A stretch of 64,000 nucleotides of DNA from Candidatus Mediterraneibacter guildfordensis (GTDB lineage: Bacteria > Bacillota > Clostridia > Lachnospirales > Lachnospiraceae), in the NCBI GenBank assembly GCA_019112735.1, contig DXIS01000033.1, forward strand, positions 18,586 to 82,585. The letters run 5' to 3'. Below the pieces are notes generated by a model. That model did no database searches, was not told the origin of the DNA, and was given only the letters and a program-made list of their open reading frames with translations. The position numbers and the translations under genes were made by a program. Position 1 is the first letter of the stretch. Each line of letters starts with the position of its first letter. Positions 1-9,802 of this stretch are shown here, piece by piece.

Positions 1-137
1 CGGATCACCTCTGCCTCATTCTCCGCGCCGGCGTCCGCAAAATAATCTGCATAATACTGAACCGCCGCCTGCCGCTCGTCCTCCGGCAGATCCGCAAGCA
101 GTCTCTCCAGTTCAGCCATAAATTCCACACGGTTCAT
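1..137 (-). CDS. DUF1700 (HAAS-domain) membrane-signalling protein, N-terminal part (runs off window edge)
   Basis: Translated by hand: MNRVEFMAELERLLADLPEDERQAAVQYYADYFADAGAENEAEVI; ATGA overlap with the PadR stop; typical PadR-DUF1700 pairing. Confidence 0.85.
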   Translation of the reverse strand, partial: MNRVEFMAELERLLADLPEDERQAAVQYYADYFADAGAENEAEVI

Positions 138-457
138 GCCGTCACACCTCCCTCAAATATCGCATTAATCTTCTTTGTATAGGCTTTCCACTCTGATCTG
201 TACAGATTCAGCTGGGCCATCCCTCTGGATGTCGCCTTATAGTACCGCCTGTTCCTTCCGTCAAATTGTCTGTCATACACTTCCAGACAGTCATCTTTCT
301 GCAGGCGCCGCAGGACCGGATACAGTGTCGATTCAGACACATCGATGACCCTGCGCACGTCCTGCGTGATCCGGTAGCCGTATGTGCCCTCGTCTTCCCT
401 GGAAACCACGGCCAGAACGATCGCGTCCAGAAGCGCTGCACCAGTATTGAATACCAT
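134..457 (-). CDS. PadR family transcriptional regulator
   Basis: YGYRI...SESTLYPVLRRL...GRNRRYY winged-helix motifs. Confidence 0.93.
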   Translation of the reverse strand: MVFNTGAALLDAIVLAVVSREDEGTYGYRITQDVRRVIDVSESTLYPVLRRLQKDDCLEVYDRQFDGRNRRYYKATSRGMAQLNLYRSEWKAYTKKINAIFEGGVTA

Positions 458-489
458 GCAACCACCCTTTCTTATATTATATTGTTTTC

Positions 490-521
490 TATATTATATA
501 TTGTATAATATATGGTGTCAA
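490..521 (-). promoter_or_regulatory. sigmaA promoter of padR overlapped by a 9-5-9 inverted repeat (probable PadR operator)
   Basis: Minus strand TTGACA(521-516)-N17-TATAAT(498-493); TATATTATA-N5-TATAATATA at 490-512. Confidence 0.8.
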
Positions 522-583
522 TATAGTATTGTTTAATTTATAAGAAAGAATTTCTGAAGATTCCCAGAAGAAAAGCAGCTGTC

Positions 584-1786
584 CTAAAACAGCTGCTCAA
601 AACGCTTCATCGCTTCTTTTGTTTTTTCATGGGTCCCGAATGAAGTCAGCCGGAAATGATATTTCCCGTTCACGCCGAATCCGGCGCCCGGTGTGCCGAC
701 CACCTGGATCTTCTCAAGCAGATGATCGAAGAGTTCCCACGACTCCATCCCGTCCGGGCATTTGAACCAGATGTAGGGCGAATTCACCCCGCCCGTAAAC
801 GGAATATTCTTCCTGCGCAGTGTCTCCGCGATCACCCGCGCATTTTCCATATAGTAGGAAATGTTCTCCATGCACTCTTCCATGCCCTCTTCTGTCAGCA
901 CCTGTGCCGCGGCATACTGGATAATGTACGGCGTTCCGTTAAACTTCGTGGACTGCCGGCGGTTCCACATGTCATGAAGGCTCATCCGCCGCCCGTCCGA
1001 AACCGCAAAGGTGAGCTCTTTCGGCACGATCGTGTAGGAGAAACGCGTCCCGGTAAAGCCCGCCGTCTTGGACAGGGAGCAGAACTCGATGGCGCATTTC
1101 TTAGCCCCCTCTATTGCATAGATGCTCCGGGGCAGCTCCGGTTCGGATACAAACGCTTCATAAGCCGAATCAAACAGGATGACCGCGTCATTTTTAAGCG
1201 CGTAATCCACCCATTTCTTCAGTTGTTCCTTATTATAGCATGCGCCTGTCGGATTGTTCGGTGAGCACAGGTAAATGATATCCGCCTTTACACGGTCGTC
1301 CGGCATCGGCAGGAAATCATTTTCTTCAGTTCCGTTCATGTAAACGATTTTCTTTCCATCCATCGTATTCGTATCCACATAGACCGGGTAGACCGGATCC
1401 GGGACCAGGATCACATTGTCCTGTGCAAAAAGTTCCGTGATATTCCCCGTATCGCTCTTCGCGCCGTCGGAAATAAACACGTCATCCGCATCCACTTCCA
1501 CGCCGTTTCTTCTATAATAATCTGCAACCGCTTCACGCACGAACGCATACCCCTGCTCCGGGCCGTATCCCTTAAATGTCTCTGCTGTGGTCTGCTCGTC
1601 AACAGCTCTGTGGAGCCCTTCGATGGCGCGCTTTGTAAGCGGGCGGGTCACATCCCCGATCCCCAGGCGGATGATATCGCCCGCCTTGTCCGGATGGCTC
1701 TCCTCATAAGCGCTCACCCTTCTCGCGATCTCCGCGAAGAGATAACTGTCCTGTACATTGAGATAATTTTCATTTAATTTTGGCAT
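584..1786 (-). CDS. dapL: LL-diaminopimelate aminotransferase
   Basis: SYLFAEI, LGIGDVT, GYGPEQG, CSPNNPTG, SLSKTAGFTGTR PLP-lysine motif. Confidence 0.96.
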   Translation of the reverse strand: MPKLNENYLNVQDSYLFAEIARRVSAYEESHPDKAGDIIRLGIGDVTRPLTKRAIEGLHRAVDEQTTAETFKGYGPEQGYAFVREAVADYYRRNGVEVDADDVFISDGAKSDTGNITELFAQDNVILVPDPVYPVYVDTNTMDGKKIVYMNGTEENDFLPMPDDRVKADIIYLCSPNNPTGACYNKEQLKKWVDYALKNDAVILFDSAYEAFVSEPELPRSIYAIEGAKKCAIEFCSLSKTAGFTGTRFSYTIVPKELTFAVSDGRRMSLHDMWNRRQSTKFNGTPYIIQYAAAQVLTEEGMEECMENISYYMENARVIAETLRRKNIPFTGGVNSPYIWFKCPDGMESWELFDHLLEKIQVVGTPGAGFGVNGKYHFRLTSFGTHEKTKEAMKRFEQLF

Positions 1787-1815
1787 TTTTTCGTTTCCTT
1801 TCCATGTGTAATTAT

Positions 1816-1882
1816 AAAAGAAGCAGGACTGCCCCTGCCACGCCGCCCCTTTGCGGCAGGACAGGGGTACTGATCCCGCTTC
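1816..1882 (-). terminator. Probable intrinsic terminator after glmM
   Basis: GC-rich hairpin GAAGCGGGA...TCCTGCTTC followed by TTTT on the minus strand. Confidence 0.5.
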
Positions 1883-1910
1883 ATGTCTGCATCATTATTC
1901 TGTTTCTGAT

Positions 1911-3254
1911 CTAAACGGTCAGACCCTGTTCTTCCATGACTTTGATCACGCCGTCCACATATTTCGCACAGATCTCATCTGTTGTGGCCTCAACCATCAC
2001 ACGGATCACCGGCTCTGTTCCGCTCTCGCGCACAAGGATGCGTCCGTCGCTTCCGAGCTCGTCTGCAGCTTTCTGCACCGCCTCGACAACCGCCGGATTC
2101 TCTCTCGCCGTCTTCTTGTCTGTCACGCGGACATTCTTTAGAAGCTGCGGATAGATCTTCACTTCACCGGCCAGCTTGCTTAAAGTCTGCTTCTTCTCGA
2201 GGATCACTTCCATGATCATCAGGGAGGTCAGGATGCCGTCTCCCGTCCTTGCGTGTTTGCTGAAGATGATATGTCCGGACTGCTCGCCGCCGAGGACGAA
2301 TCCATTCTTCATCATATTCTCGTATACATATTTATCGCCGACAGCCGTCTGCTCGTACTTCATGCCGATCTTGTCACACGCCTTATAGAGACCGAGATTG
2401 GACATAACCGTTGTAACGATCGTATTGCCTTCCAGACGTCCCTGCTCCATCAGGTATTTGCCGCATACATAGAGAATCAGGTCGCCGTCCACGACATTAC
2501 CGTTCTCATCCACGGCGATACATCTGTCCGCGTCGCCGTCGAATGCGAATCCCACATCCAGCTTCTTCTCTTTTACGAACTCCTGGAGCACATGGATGTG
2601 TGTGGAGCCGCAGTCTGTATTAATATTGAGGCCGTCCGGCTCGTTATTGATCACATAGGTCTTCGCGCCAAGGGCGTCAAACACGCTCTTTGCAATGGCA
2701 AAGGAGCTTCCGTTCGCACAGTCCAGACCGATCCGCATATCCTTAAATGACCTTGTCGCCACAGAGATCAGGCTGCCGATATAACGATTCCTTCCTGCGG
2801 AATAATCGATGGTGCGTCCGATATTCTCCTTTGTCGCAAGCGGAAGTTCTCCGATCTCGCCGTCAATGTATGCCTCGATCTTCTCCTCAACCTCAGCCTC
2901 CATCTTGTGTCCCGCGCTGTTGATCACCTTGATCCCGTTGTCATAAAACGGATTGTGGCTGGCGGAAATCATGATCCCGCAGTCAAAATCATCGGATCTT
3001 ACAACATAGGAGACGCTGGGCGTGGTCGTGACATGGAGCAGGTATGCGTCCGCTCCGGATGCCGTGATCCCTGCCGCCAGGGCGTACTCAAACATATAGC
3101 TGCTCCGTCTCGTATCCTTGCCGATCACGACTCTCGCCTTGTGATCCTGCCCGAAATACCAGCCCAGGTAGCGTCCTACTTTAAATGCATGCTCAACAGT
3201 AAGTACAACATTCGCTTCACCGCGGAAGCCGTCAGTTCCGAAATATTTTCCCAT
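1911..3254 (-). CDS. glmM: Phosphoglucosamine mutase
   Basis: MGKYFGTDG start (3254, after GGAAGGG RBS), ISASHNP, DGDADR, GGEQSGH, VRESGTEP. Confidence 0.96.
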   Translation of the reverse strand: MGKYFGTDGFRGEANVVLTVEHAFKVGRYLGWYFGQDHKARVVIGKDTRRSSYMFEYALAAGITASGADAYLLHVTTTPSVSYVVRSDDFDCGIMISASHNPFYDNGIKVINSAGHKMEAEVEEKIEAYIDGEIGELPLATKENIGRTIDYSAGRNRYIGSLISVATRSFKDMRIGLDCANGSSFAIAKSVFDALGAKTYVINNEPDGLNINTDCGSTHIHVLQEFVKEKKLDVGFAFDGDADRCIAVDENGNVVDGDLILYVCGKYLMEQGRLEGNTIVTTVMSNLGLYKACDKIGMKYEQTAVGDKYVYENMMKNGFVLGGEQSGHIIFSKHARTGDGILTSLMIMEVILEKKQTLSKLAGEVKIYPQLLKNVRVTDKKTARENPAVVEAVQKAADELGSDGRILVRESGTEPVIRVMVEATTDEICAKYVDGVIKVMEEQGLTV

Positions 3255-3500
3255 AGCTGTATCCCTTCCTGTTCTTTTCATATTCTTCTATTATAGTTAT
3301 GTGCGAAACAATGAAAATACTCCCCATTCCAACACATCACCATTATATTACTATTACGAAAGAGTTACAAGTATTTCTTTTTTGTTACACGATTTTTAGT
3401 AATTGCGTCACTTTACGCACTGACCGTTTTCCGTTATACTATTTCTGGTTTAAAACAGATAATACGAAATAACAATACAGATAAAGAGAGGACCAAGAAT

Positions 3501-4289
3501 ATGATCAGACTGATCGCAAGCGACCTGGACGGCACGCTTCTCCACAACGGCGCACAGCAGCTGACGCCGCGCACCATCGAACTGATCCACGCGCTCACCC
3601 GGAAAGGAGTGCATTTCATCGCGGCCAGCGGCCGGCAGTACGACAATGAGCGGCGGCTCTTCGCCCCCATTAAGGATGAGATCTCCTATATCGCGGAGAA
3701 CGGCTCCCTGTGCATCCACCGGGGCGAAGTCATTTCCAGGGGGATCATCCCGGATGACCTTGCCTACCGGATCATGCACGACATCAGGAAAAACCCGGAC
3801 TACGAGATCGTCGTCTCCAGGGAGGACACCTGCCTGATCGAGGACCGCTGTCCGGAATTTGTAAACCATATTGTAAATGTCATGAAAAACACGACCGAGA
3901 TCGTCGATGACATCACAAAGATCAAAGGGCCTTTCCTCAAGATTGCCGTTGCCAACATGAAATCACATGACGTCCACAGCTATCTTAAAGAACTGCAGGG
4001 AAAATATTCCGATCAACTCAAGGTCGTTACCTCCGGAAATATCTGGATTGACTTCATCGTTCCCGGCTACAATAAAGGCACCGGCCTCCAGGCTTTCCTC
4101 GACCTCTTCGGCGTGAAGCCGGAAGAATGCATGGCCTTCGGCGACCAGTACAATGACATCGAGATGCTGGAGCTGGCCGGATACGGCTACGCCATGTCAA
4201 ACGCCGCGCCGGGCATCGCCGGACACGCGAAATATGTGACGGATTCCGTGGAGGAAGTGCTGGAGGATGTTCTGGCAGGACTGGACTGA
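3501..4289 (+). CDS. Cof-type HAD-IIB hydrolase
   Basis: DLDGTLL, ASGR, KG, FGDQYNDIEML motifs. Confidence 0.93.
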   Translation: MIRLIASDLDGTLLHNGAQQLTPRTIELIHALTRKGVHFIAASGRQYDNERRLFAPIKDEISYIAENGSLCIHRGEVISRGIIPDDLAYRIMHDIRKNPDYEIVVSREDTCLIEDRCPEFVNHIVNVMKNTTEIVDDITKIKGPFLKIAVANMKSHDVHSYLKELQGKYSDQLKVVTSGNIWIDFIVPGYNKGTGLQAFLDLFGVKPEECMAFGDQYNDIEMLELAGYGYAMSNAAPGIAGHAKYVTDSVEEVLEDVLAGLD

Positions 4290-4314
4290 TATCCGCCGCA
4301 CACAGACAGACGAC

Positions 4315-4359
4315 AAAAAAATTCCGTATCTGATTCTGAAATCAGACACGGAATTTTTT
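4315..4359. terminator. Bidirectional terminator between convergent genes
   Basis: AAAAAATTCCGTATCTGATT / AATCAGACACGGAATTTTTT inverted repeat. Confidence 0.7.
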
Positions 4360-6162
4360 CTGCAGTTCGCGTATAAAATCTTTCCACTTAAAAAGCACCA
4401 GGCCGATCAGGAACAGAAGGCTTAATCCCGAACAGATCACCGACGGATACGGCAGCACCGCCACGCCTGCAAGAAGCAGGATAAACGGGATCAGCCCGCA
4501 GGCTCCCGCCTGCACAAGATAAAAAAGGTATTCCGCCGTTTCCATCTTCCCCGCCGCAGCAATGATCACCATGGACAGGGTGTTGACAATAGATGCCAGC
4601 GGGAACACATAATCCACAGACCAGCCTTTCCAGCCGGTAAACACATCCCAGAGCACCGCCCCGACCGAAACAATGACCAGCTGCCACATTCCATTCTTCA
4701 GCGGATTTTTCCGTTTGCGGTATCCCACCATGACCAGCAGCCAGGTGCAGAATACTCCGGCCGTCACATACCCCGCCCACCAGGTCCCGAACGACAGGAT
4801 ATAATTGAGCATCCAGCAGATCACTACGGCCGACGTACAGGTAAAAGAAAAGATCTTAAGGCCCGTCAGCGCCGTCCGGGACGGTTCTTCATGATATCCC
4901 GGGAAATCATTTTCCTCCACCCGGCATGTGATCCCCTCCGATTCCAGGATCCGGATGAAATTCCGGCATATATTCGGATCGATGATCTTCGAAGTCAGCC
5001 CCAGGACCAGCGTATCCCCGTAAGAACTGGAACACATCTGCATCTTGTCCGTACTGGCGAAAAATCCGAAGCGCTCAATATAGCCCTCATATTCCGGCGG
5101 CATCTGGATCCGCCCGATATTCGAATACACAGCGGTGACGCTGCGACCGCCCAGCGTCGTTCCCGCCAGCAGGAACAGATTCTTGATCTCAAGGGGCACC
5201 GCCCGCAGGAATATATTTTTCTCCAGACGGACCAGATCGTTCATCCGGCCGGATATTTCCTCCCGCAGCGCGTCTTTGGCGAATTCTTTCTTCATCTGCG
5301 CAAGAACGTTTTCCAGCGTCGTATCCTCTCTGAAGTCGTAAGCCGTCTCGATCCAGCTCCAGAAATTCGTCATGGATCCGGACGGGAAGAAGCTTCTCAG
5401 GTTCACCGGGATCATAAGGGACGCCGGTTTCTTCAGTCCGCTTTTAGGCATTTCCTCATAAATGGAATAGAGGAATACCGCCGCCAGATATGCGGTTACC
5501 GATACGCCGTGCTCCCGTGCTCTTTTGTGGACTTCTGAAGCGGACAGGATCATCTCCGTGATCTCCATTTCCGACTGTTCCAGCCGCTCCCCTGTCAGCT
5601 GAAAAGCCCTTCGGGCTTTTTCCCCGCGGCTTTTCCGCCCGGTATAGTACTGGGAGAAACTGTCCTCCTCATAATCACTCTCCGTAAGATCCGCGCCGCC
5701 GTCCGGCTCCGGGAATGACCGGTCCGGATATGTAAGGATAAGATAATTCTGTACAAGTTCTTTCAGGAACTCCATAGCTCCCGTCCCGTCGGTCAGCCCG
5801 TGAAAAACTTCCAGATTGATGCGGTTCTTATAATATGACACCTCAAAAAGAAGACGTTTCTGATCCGGCACATAGATCCGGCTGCAGGGCGGACGGTCTT
5901 CTTCTTTCACATTTGCCGCCAGGTCCCTCGGCTCCATATAAAACCAGAAGACGCCTTTCCGGAGCACTGATCGGAACAGCGGATATTTTTCCAGTGTCCC
6001 GTCGAGCGCGGCCTGGAGTCTGTCCCTGTCGATCTCTTCCCGCAGCATGCAATAAAAACGGAACACCCGGGAATCTTTTTTCCCGGTTGCTGCCGGAAAT
6101 GCCTGCGCCGCATTATCCAGTTTTCTCCAGCGGCCCGGCCGCTTTTTCCTCCGAACTTTCAT
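4342..6162 (-). CDS. CoA-dependent acyltransferase (alcohol acetyltransferase/condensation-like) fused to a C-terminal multi-TM DUF6320-like domain
   Basis: FHGLTDG HxxxDG motif, PVNLR and SNIG motifs; last ~170 aa contain about 6 hydrophobic helices with GWSVDYVFP. Confidence 0.75.
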   Translation of the reverse strand: MKVRRKKRPGRWRKLDNAAQAFPAATGKKDSRVFRFYCMLREEIDRDRLQAALDGTLEKYPLFRSVLRKGVFWFYMEPRDLAANVKEEDRPPCSRIYVPDQKRLLFEVSYYKNRINLEVFHGLTDGTGAMEFLKELVQNYLILTYPDRSFPEPDGGADLTESDYEEDSFSQYYTGRKSRGEKARRAFQLTGERLEQSEMEITEMILSASEVHKRAREHGVSVTAYLAAVFLYSIYEEMPKSGLKKPASLMIPVNLRSFFPSGSMTNFWSWIETAYDFREDTTLENVLAQMKKEFAKDALREEISGRMNDLVRLEKNIFLRAVPLEIKNLFLLAGTTLGGRSVTAVYSNIGRIQMPPEYEGYIERFGFFASTDKMQMCSSSYGDTLVLGLTSKIIDPNICRNFIRILESEGITCRVEENDFPGYHEEPSRTALTGLKIFSFTCTSAVVICWMLNYILSFGTWWAGYVTAGVFCTWLLVMVGYRKRKNPLKNGMWQLVIVSVGAVLWDVFTGWKGWSVDYVFPLASIVNTLSMVIIAAAGKMETAEYLFYLVQAGACGLIPFILLLAGVAVLPYPSVICSGLSLLFLIGLVLFKWKDFIRELQKKFRV

Positions 6163-7124
6163 CTTTCATCCTCCGCTTCCCCGGTTTTCTCTGCAAGCGC
6201 CTGTTCAACTGCCAGGAACCGGTTGATGTGCCGGAAGCTTTCCTGCACAAACCGATGTCCGATCCCCAGGGCAAAATACCCGTGCAGCGCACCGTTGATC
6301 CGCTCCGTGTGCACCCGGCAGCCGGCCTGTCTCATCCGGCGTCCATATTCCTCCCCCTCGTCTCTCAGGGGATCAAACTCTGCCGTCAGGATCAGTGTAT
6401 CCGGAAGTCTGGAATAATCCTTCGCACAGAGCGGGGCAAAATAAGGATTTTCCCGGTCCTGCGGGCCGCTCTCGTACAGATCCAGATAATCGGCCATCTT
6501 CTGGCTTGTCAGCAGATAGCCTGTCCCGTTGGTCCGCACAGACTCAAAGGGCGACTCTTCCGTGTAACAGTTGTTCAGCGCCGGATAGATCAGGATCTGC
6601 TGTTTTGGCGCAAAGTCCCCTGTATCTCTCGCACGCATGCAGACAGCAGCAGCCAGATTGCCGCCGGCGCTGTCTCCCATAATGGTGATCCGCTCTGCAT
6701 CAACGCCCGGCAGGATCTCCCCGCCGTAGAGGGCCTTCGCCGCCGCATAACAGTCCTCGAATCCCACAGGGAAGCGGTATTCCGGCGCCAGCCTGTACTC
6801 CACTGACACGACCAGCCGGCCGGTAGACTGCGCCATTCGTGCGCACACCCGGTCATAAGTCTCCACACTCTCTGTCGTCCAGCCGCCGCCGTGGAAGAAC
6901 AGGATGACCGGGACATTTTCGTTGCCCGCCTCCACGGAGGCCTCGTCCGGGAAATACAGCCGGACCGGAACCTGATGGTCCTGATTGTATACTTCTGTAT
7001 CCAGTTTTTTCCAGAAGATCCGCATGGGATCCAGCTTCTTCAGATCCGCGATCCAGCGGGCCGACTCCACGTCGATGCCGCCGTAGGAAAGGACCTGCAG
7101 GAGCGCCTGTATCGGGGTATACAT
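6159..7124 (-). CDS. Alpha/beta hydrolase, HSL family esterase/lipase
   Basis: HGGG oxyanion motif, GDSAG nucleophile elbow, YRLAPE, DPLRDEG, HGY. Confidence 0.92.
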   Translation of the reverse strand: MYTPIQALLQVLSYGGIDVESARWIADLKKLDPMRIFWKKLDTEVYNQDHQVPVRLYFPDEASVEAGNENVPVILFFHGGGWTTESVETYDRVCARMAQSTGRLVVSVEYRLAPEYRFPVGFEDCYAAAKALYGGEILPGVDAERITIMGDSAGGNLAAAVCMRARDTGDFAPKQQILIYPALNNCYTEESPFESVRTNGTGYLLTSQKMADYLDLYESGPQDRENPYFAPLCAKDYSRLPDTLILTAEFDPLRDEGEEYGRRMRQAGCRVHTERINGALHGYFALGIGHRFVQESFRHINRFLAVEQALAEKTGEAEDER

Positions 7125-7125
7125 C

Positions 7126-7851
7126 TTACTTCATCTCCACAACCGCATACGGCTTCCCCACCTCATCGCACAGTTCCACCACGGTCCGCTCCGCCTCTTC
7201 CGACACCTTCGGGAAGATCATATCACCCAGCACCGCGGACTTCTTATAATCCACCCGGAGCTGGTGCACGCTGATATCGCCGGGCAGCATCTCCATGGCC
7301 ATCTGCACGTACTGGCAGTTGTTCACATGCTCGTTCGTATCGATATGGTACCGCCGCACCGGGAACGGTTCTCCTGCTCTACTCTCTGCCGGCGGTTCGA
7401 TCTTCCGGTCTTCATAGGGCATGTCCAGCGGCTCCCCGATGCCGTAGGGTTCGATATGCTCCGCGCAGGGCCTTGCCGGGCGTCCCTTCTCCAGATCCAT
7501 GAACACCCAGATGGAGTTGGCGCAGGCGATCCGGTTCCCTTCCGCGTCCAGCATATACATGTTCCTGTTCCCGAAGAGCCCTTTGAACGCCGTCGGGAAT
7601 GTTCCGACGGTGATCTTCTCATTCAGCTTCGGATACCGCTCCACGATCACCTGCCAGTAGGAGAGCACCCAGGCCTTCTTCTCTTCCCGCAGACGTTCCA
7701 TCCCGAGTCCCACAGACTCCGAATGAAATGTAGTGCAGTCCTGAAAATAATTGACCAGCGCCGGGAGCGTCATGGTCCCCCGGTGGTCGATCTCACTGTA
7801 CCGTACTCTGCCGTCAAATTCAAATCCGTTTTTTCTGCTGTTTTCATTCAT
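7126..7851 (-). CDS. Acyl-ACP thioesterase (double hot-dog)
   Basis: VRYSEID, AWVL, IDTNEHVNNCQY catalytic motif. Confidence 0.92.
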   Translation of the reverse strand: MNENSRKNGFEFDGRVRYSEIDHRGTMTLPALVNYFQDCTTFHSESVGLGMERLREEKKAWVLSYWQVIVERYPKLNEKITVGTFPTAFKGLFGNRNMYMLDAEGNRIACANSIWVFMDLEKGRPARPCAEHIEPYGIGEPLDMPYEDRKIEPPAESRAGEPFPVRRYHIDTNEHVNNCQYVQMAMEMLPGDISVHQLRVDYKKSAVLGDMIFPKVSEEAERTVVELCDEVGKPYAVVEMK

Positions 7852-7857
7852 TTCCCG

Positions 7858-9057
7858 TCACTCCTGTTTCATTTCTTCATCCACACGCGCCACAAAGTCC
7901 GACTCCACCGTGATCACGCATTCATATCTGGCATCTTTTTTCTTCAGTCTCTCTGCCAGCTGTGTTTTCAGTTCTTCTTTCTTTTCATCATTATAATCAA
8001 TGGGCACCACCATATCGAAGACCAGGTTGATCTTCCTCTCCCCGTGTACAACGCGGAAATCATGCAGGGTGCAGGCCGGATCCAGCTCCTTCAGGAATCC
8101 CACGGCGTCCTCCCGGACCGCCAGCACATTCTCATCCTTTGTCTCCACCGGGTCCATGTGGATGACGAGGAAGAGCCCCAGTTCTTTCGCCGCCTCCCGC
8201 TCGATCCGGTCAATGATCTCGTGGGACTGCTCGATGTCCACGTCATTGGGCACTTCTGCATGGATCGACGCCATGCTCCGCCCCGGTCCGTAATTATGTA
8301 CGATCAGGTCATGGGTTCCCTCGATCCCGTCATAGCTCTCCACGAACCGTTTGATCTCCTCATAGACTTCCGGGTCGATGGCCTGTCCGATCAGCGGTTC
8401 CAGCGTATCCCTGGCAATGCCCACGCCGGCCCACATGACGACAAGGGCCACGCCCGCGCCGACGAATCCGTCGATATTGATCCCGGTCACGGCAAAGAAA
8501 AGAAGGGACAGGATGGTCGCGGATGTGGTGATCACATCCCCCATGGAGTCTGTGAATACCGCCATCATCACCTTCGAGTCAATCTTCTCCCCCAGCTTTC
8601 GGTTAAACAGCCCCAGCCACAGCTTCACCGCCACGGACAGGACCAGCACCGCCACGGACGCCGCCTGGAAGTTCAGCGCTTCCGGCGTCCGGATCCGGCC
8701 GATGGAATCCTTGAGAAAGGTAAATCCCACTTCCAGCACGAGGAAGGAGACCACCAGCGCTGCAATATATTCGATCCGCCCGTGACCGAAAGGATGATCT
8801 TTATCCGCCGGCTTCTCCGCCATCTTCACCCCCACAAAGCTAATGATGGACGAGCCCGCGTCAGACAGGTTGTTGAACGCATCCGCCGTAACGGACACAC
8901 TGTGCAGGACCAGCCCGATCACGAATTTTGCCGCGAACAGGAATACATTGCAGAAGATACCCACAATGCTGGCCAGCACGCCGTATGCGGTCCGCACGGA
9001 TATCTTCTCCACTTCTTTATAGTCTTTGATAAAATGCCGTATCAGAAATTCTGTCAT
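7858..9057 (-). CDS. Cation diffusion facilitator transporter
   Basis: ADAFNNLSD, PADKDHPFGHGRIEY, HDLIVHNYG, IHMDP. Confidence 0.93.
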   Translation of the reverse strand: MTEFLIRHFIKDYKEVEKISVRTAYGVLASIVGIFCNVFLFAAKFVIGLVLHSVSVTADAFNNLSDAGSSIISFVGVKMAEKPADKDHPFGHGRIEYIAALVVSFLVLEVGFTFLKDSIGRIRTPEALNFQAASVAVLVLSVAVKLWLGLFNRKLGEKIDSKVMMAVFTDSMGDVITTSATILSLLFFAVTGINIDGFVGAGVALVVMWAGVGIARDTLEPLIGQAIDPEVYEEIKRFVESYDGIEGTHDLIVHNYGPGRSMASIHAEVPNDVDIEQSHEIIDRIEREAAKELGLFLVIHMDPVETKDENVLAVREDAVGFLKELDPACTLHDFRVVHGERKINLVFDMVVPIDYNDEKKEELKTQLAERLKKKDARYECVITVESDFVARVDEEMKQE

Positions 9058-9067
9058 AATTCTGTCT

Positions 9068-9739
9068 CTACCAGAAGAACCAGCGGATCCTGAACTTCGT
9101 GTCCGCCGTTATCCTGGAATACTCCTCTTCTGTCAATACATTCTTCAGTTTCTGCCGTCCCTCTTCAGGCACGACCGCATTGGTTGAATCCATAAAGCAC
9201 AGCGCCGGGTAGAGCACGCACCACCAGTTGTGCCCTTCCGCCTCGCCGATCTCGATCCGCAGCGCCTTATAGTTTCCTGCCGGAAATGTCAGATCCCCGT
9301 AGGTCTTATCCGGGAACCAGCAGGTCATCACCGCCGCGCTCACCGGATAATCCGTTCCCGAAGCCGCGGCCGCATCCCGGCTCACTGCCCCGATCTCATC
9401 CACATGCCCCCGGATCCACTGCTCGGTTTCTTCTTCATCCGAAGCCTGCGGCATCTCCGCCTCCAGATAATCCAGCACCGCATCCCGGACCGACAGCTTC
9501 TGGGCCTGGTCCGCCTCGCTGTCGCTGTTGGCCAGCACATGGAAGCGGAGCACTTCATCCGCCAGATGCTCCTGCAGTTCTGCGCGGGAGATCATCTCCG
9601 CCCTGCTGCAGACCCACCCGGTGACCAGCGCCGCCAGAATAAGGGCCAGCGCAATGCAGATCCCGGGCGCATACTTTTCAAAAGCCGCCAGGCGCCCTTT
9701 CGGCCTGAGATTTATATTGAATTTCCGGTTTTTATACAT
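9068..9739 (-). CDS. spoIIR: Stage II sporulation protein R
   Basis: LRFHVLANSDS, FPDKTYG, GEAEGHNWWCVLYPALC. Confidence 0.95.
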   Translation of the reverse strand: MYKNRKFNINLRPKGRLAAFEKYAPGICIALALILAALVTGWVCSRAEMISRAELQEHLADEVLRFHVLANSDSEADQAQKLSVRDAVLDYLEAEMPQASDEEETEQWIRGHVDEIGAVSRDAAAASGTDYPVSAAVMTCWFPDKTYGDLTFPAGNYKALRIEIGEAEGHNWWCVLYPALCFMDSTNAVVPEEGRQKLKNVLTEEEYSRITADTKFRIRWFFW

Positions 9740-9748
9740 ATGTAATCC

Positions 9749-9802
9749 CTCCCTGTATCTGAACTGATACAGGGAGTATTGCCATTTCCGGTGAAAATAT
9801 AC
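9749..9802 (-). promoter_or_regulatory. sigmaF/G-like promoter of spoIIR plus RBS-occluding hairpin
   Basis: GTATA(9802-9798)-N14-GGCAATACT(9783-9775); perfect 11-bp stem 9749-9759/9766-9776 covering the GGGAG RBS. Confidence 0.65.

Noticed and set aside
1787-1910. Possible lysine riboswitch upstream of dapL
   Set aside because: The 124-nt spacer is too short and lacks L-box motifs; the hairpin fits a glmM terminator
7264-9093. 609-aa + strand ORF and other long antisense ORFs (e.g. 11548-12738, 15991-17334, 52526-53605, 58568-59782)
   Set aside because: They lie exactly opposite well-supported genes, lack motifs and an RBS, and are expected from GC-rich codon bias
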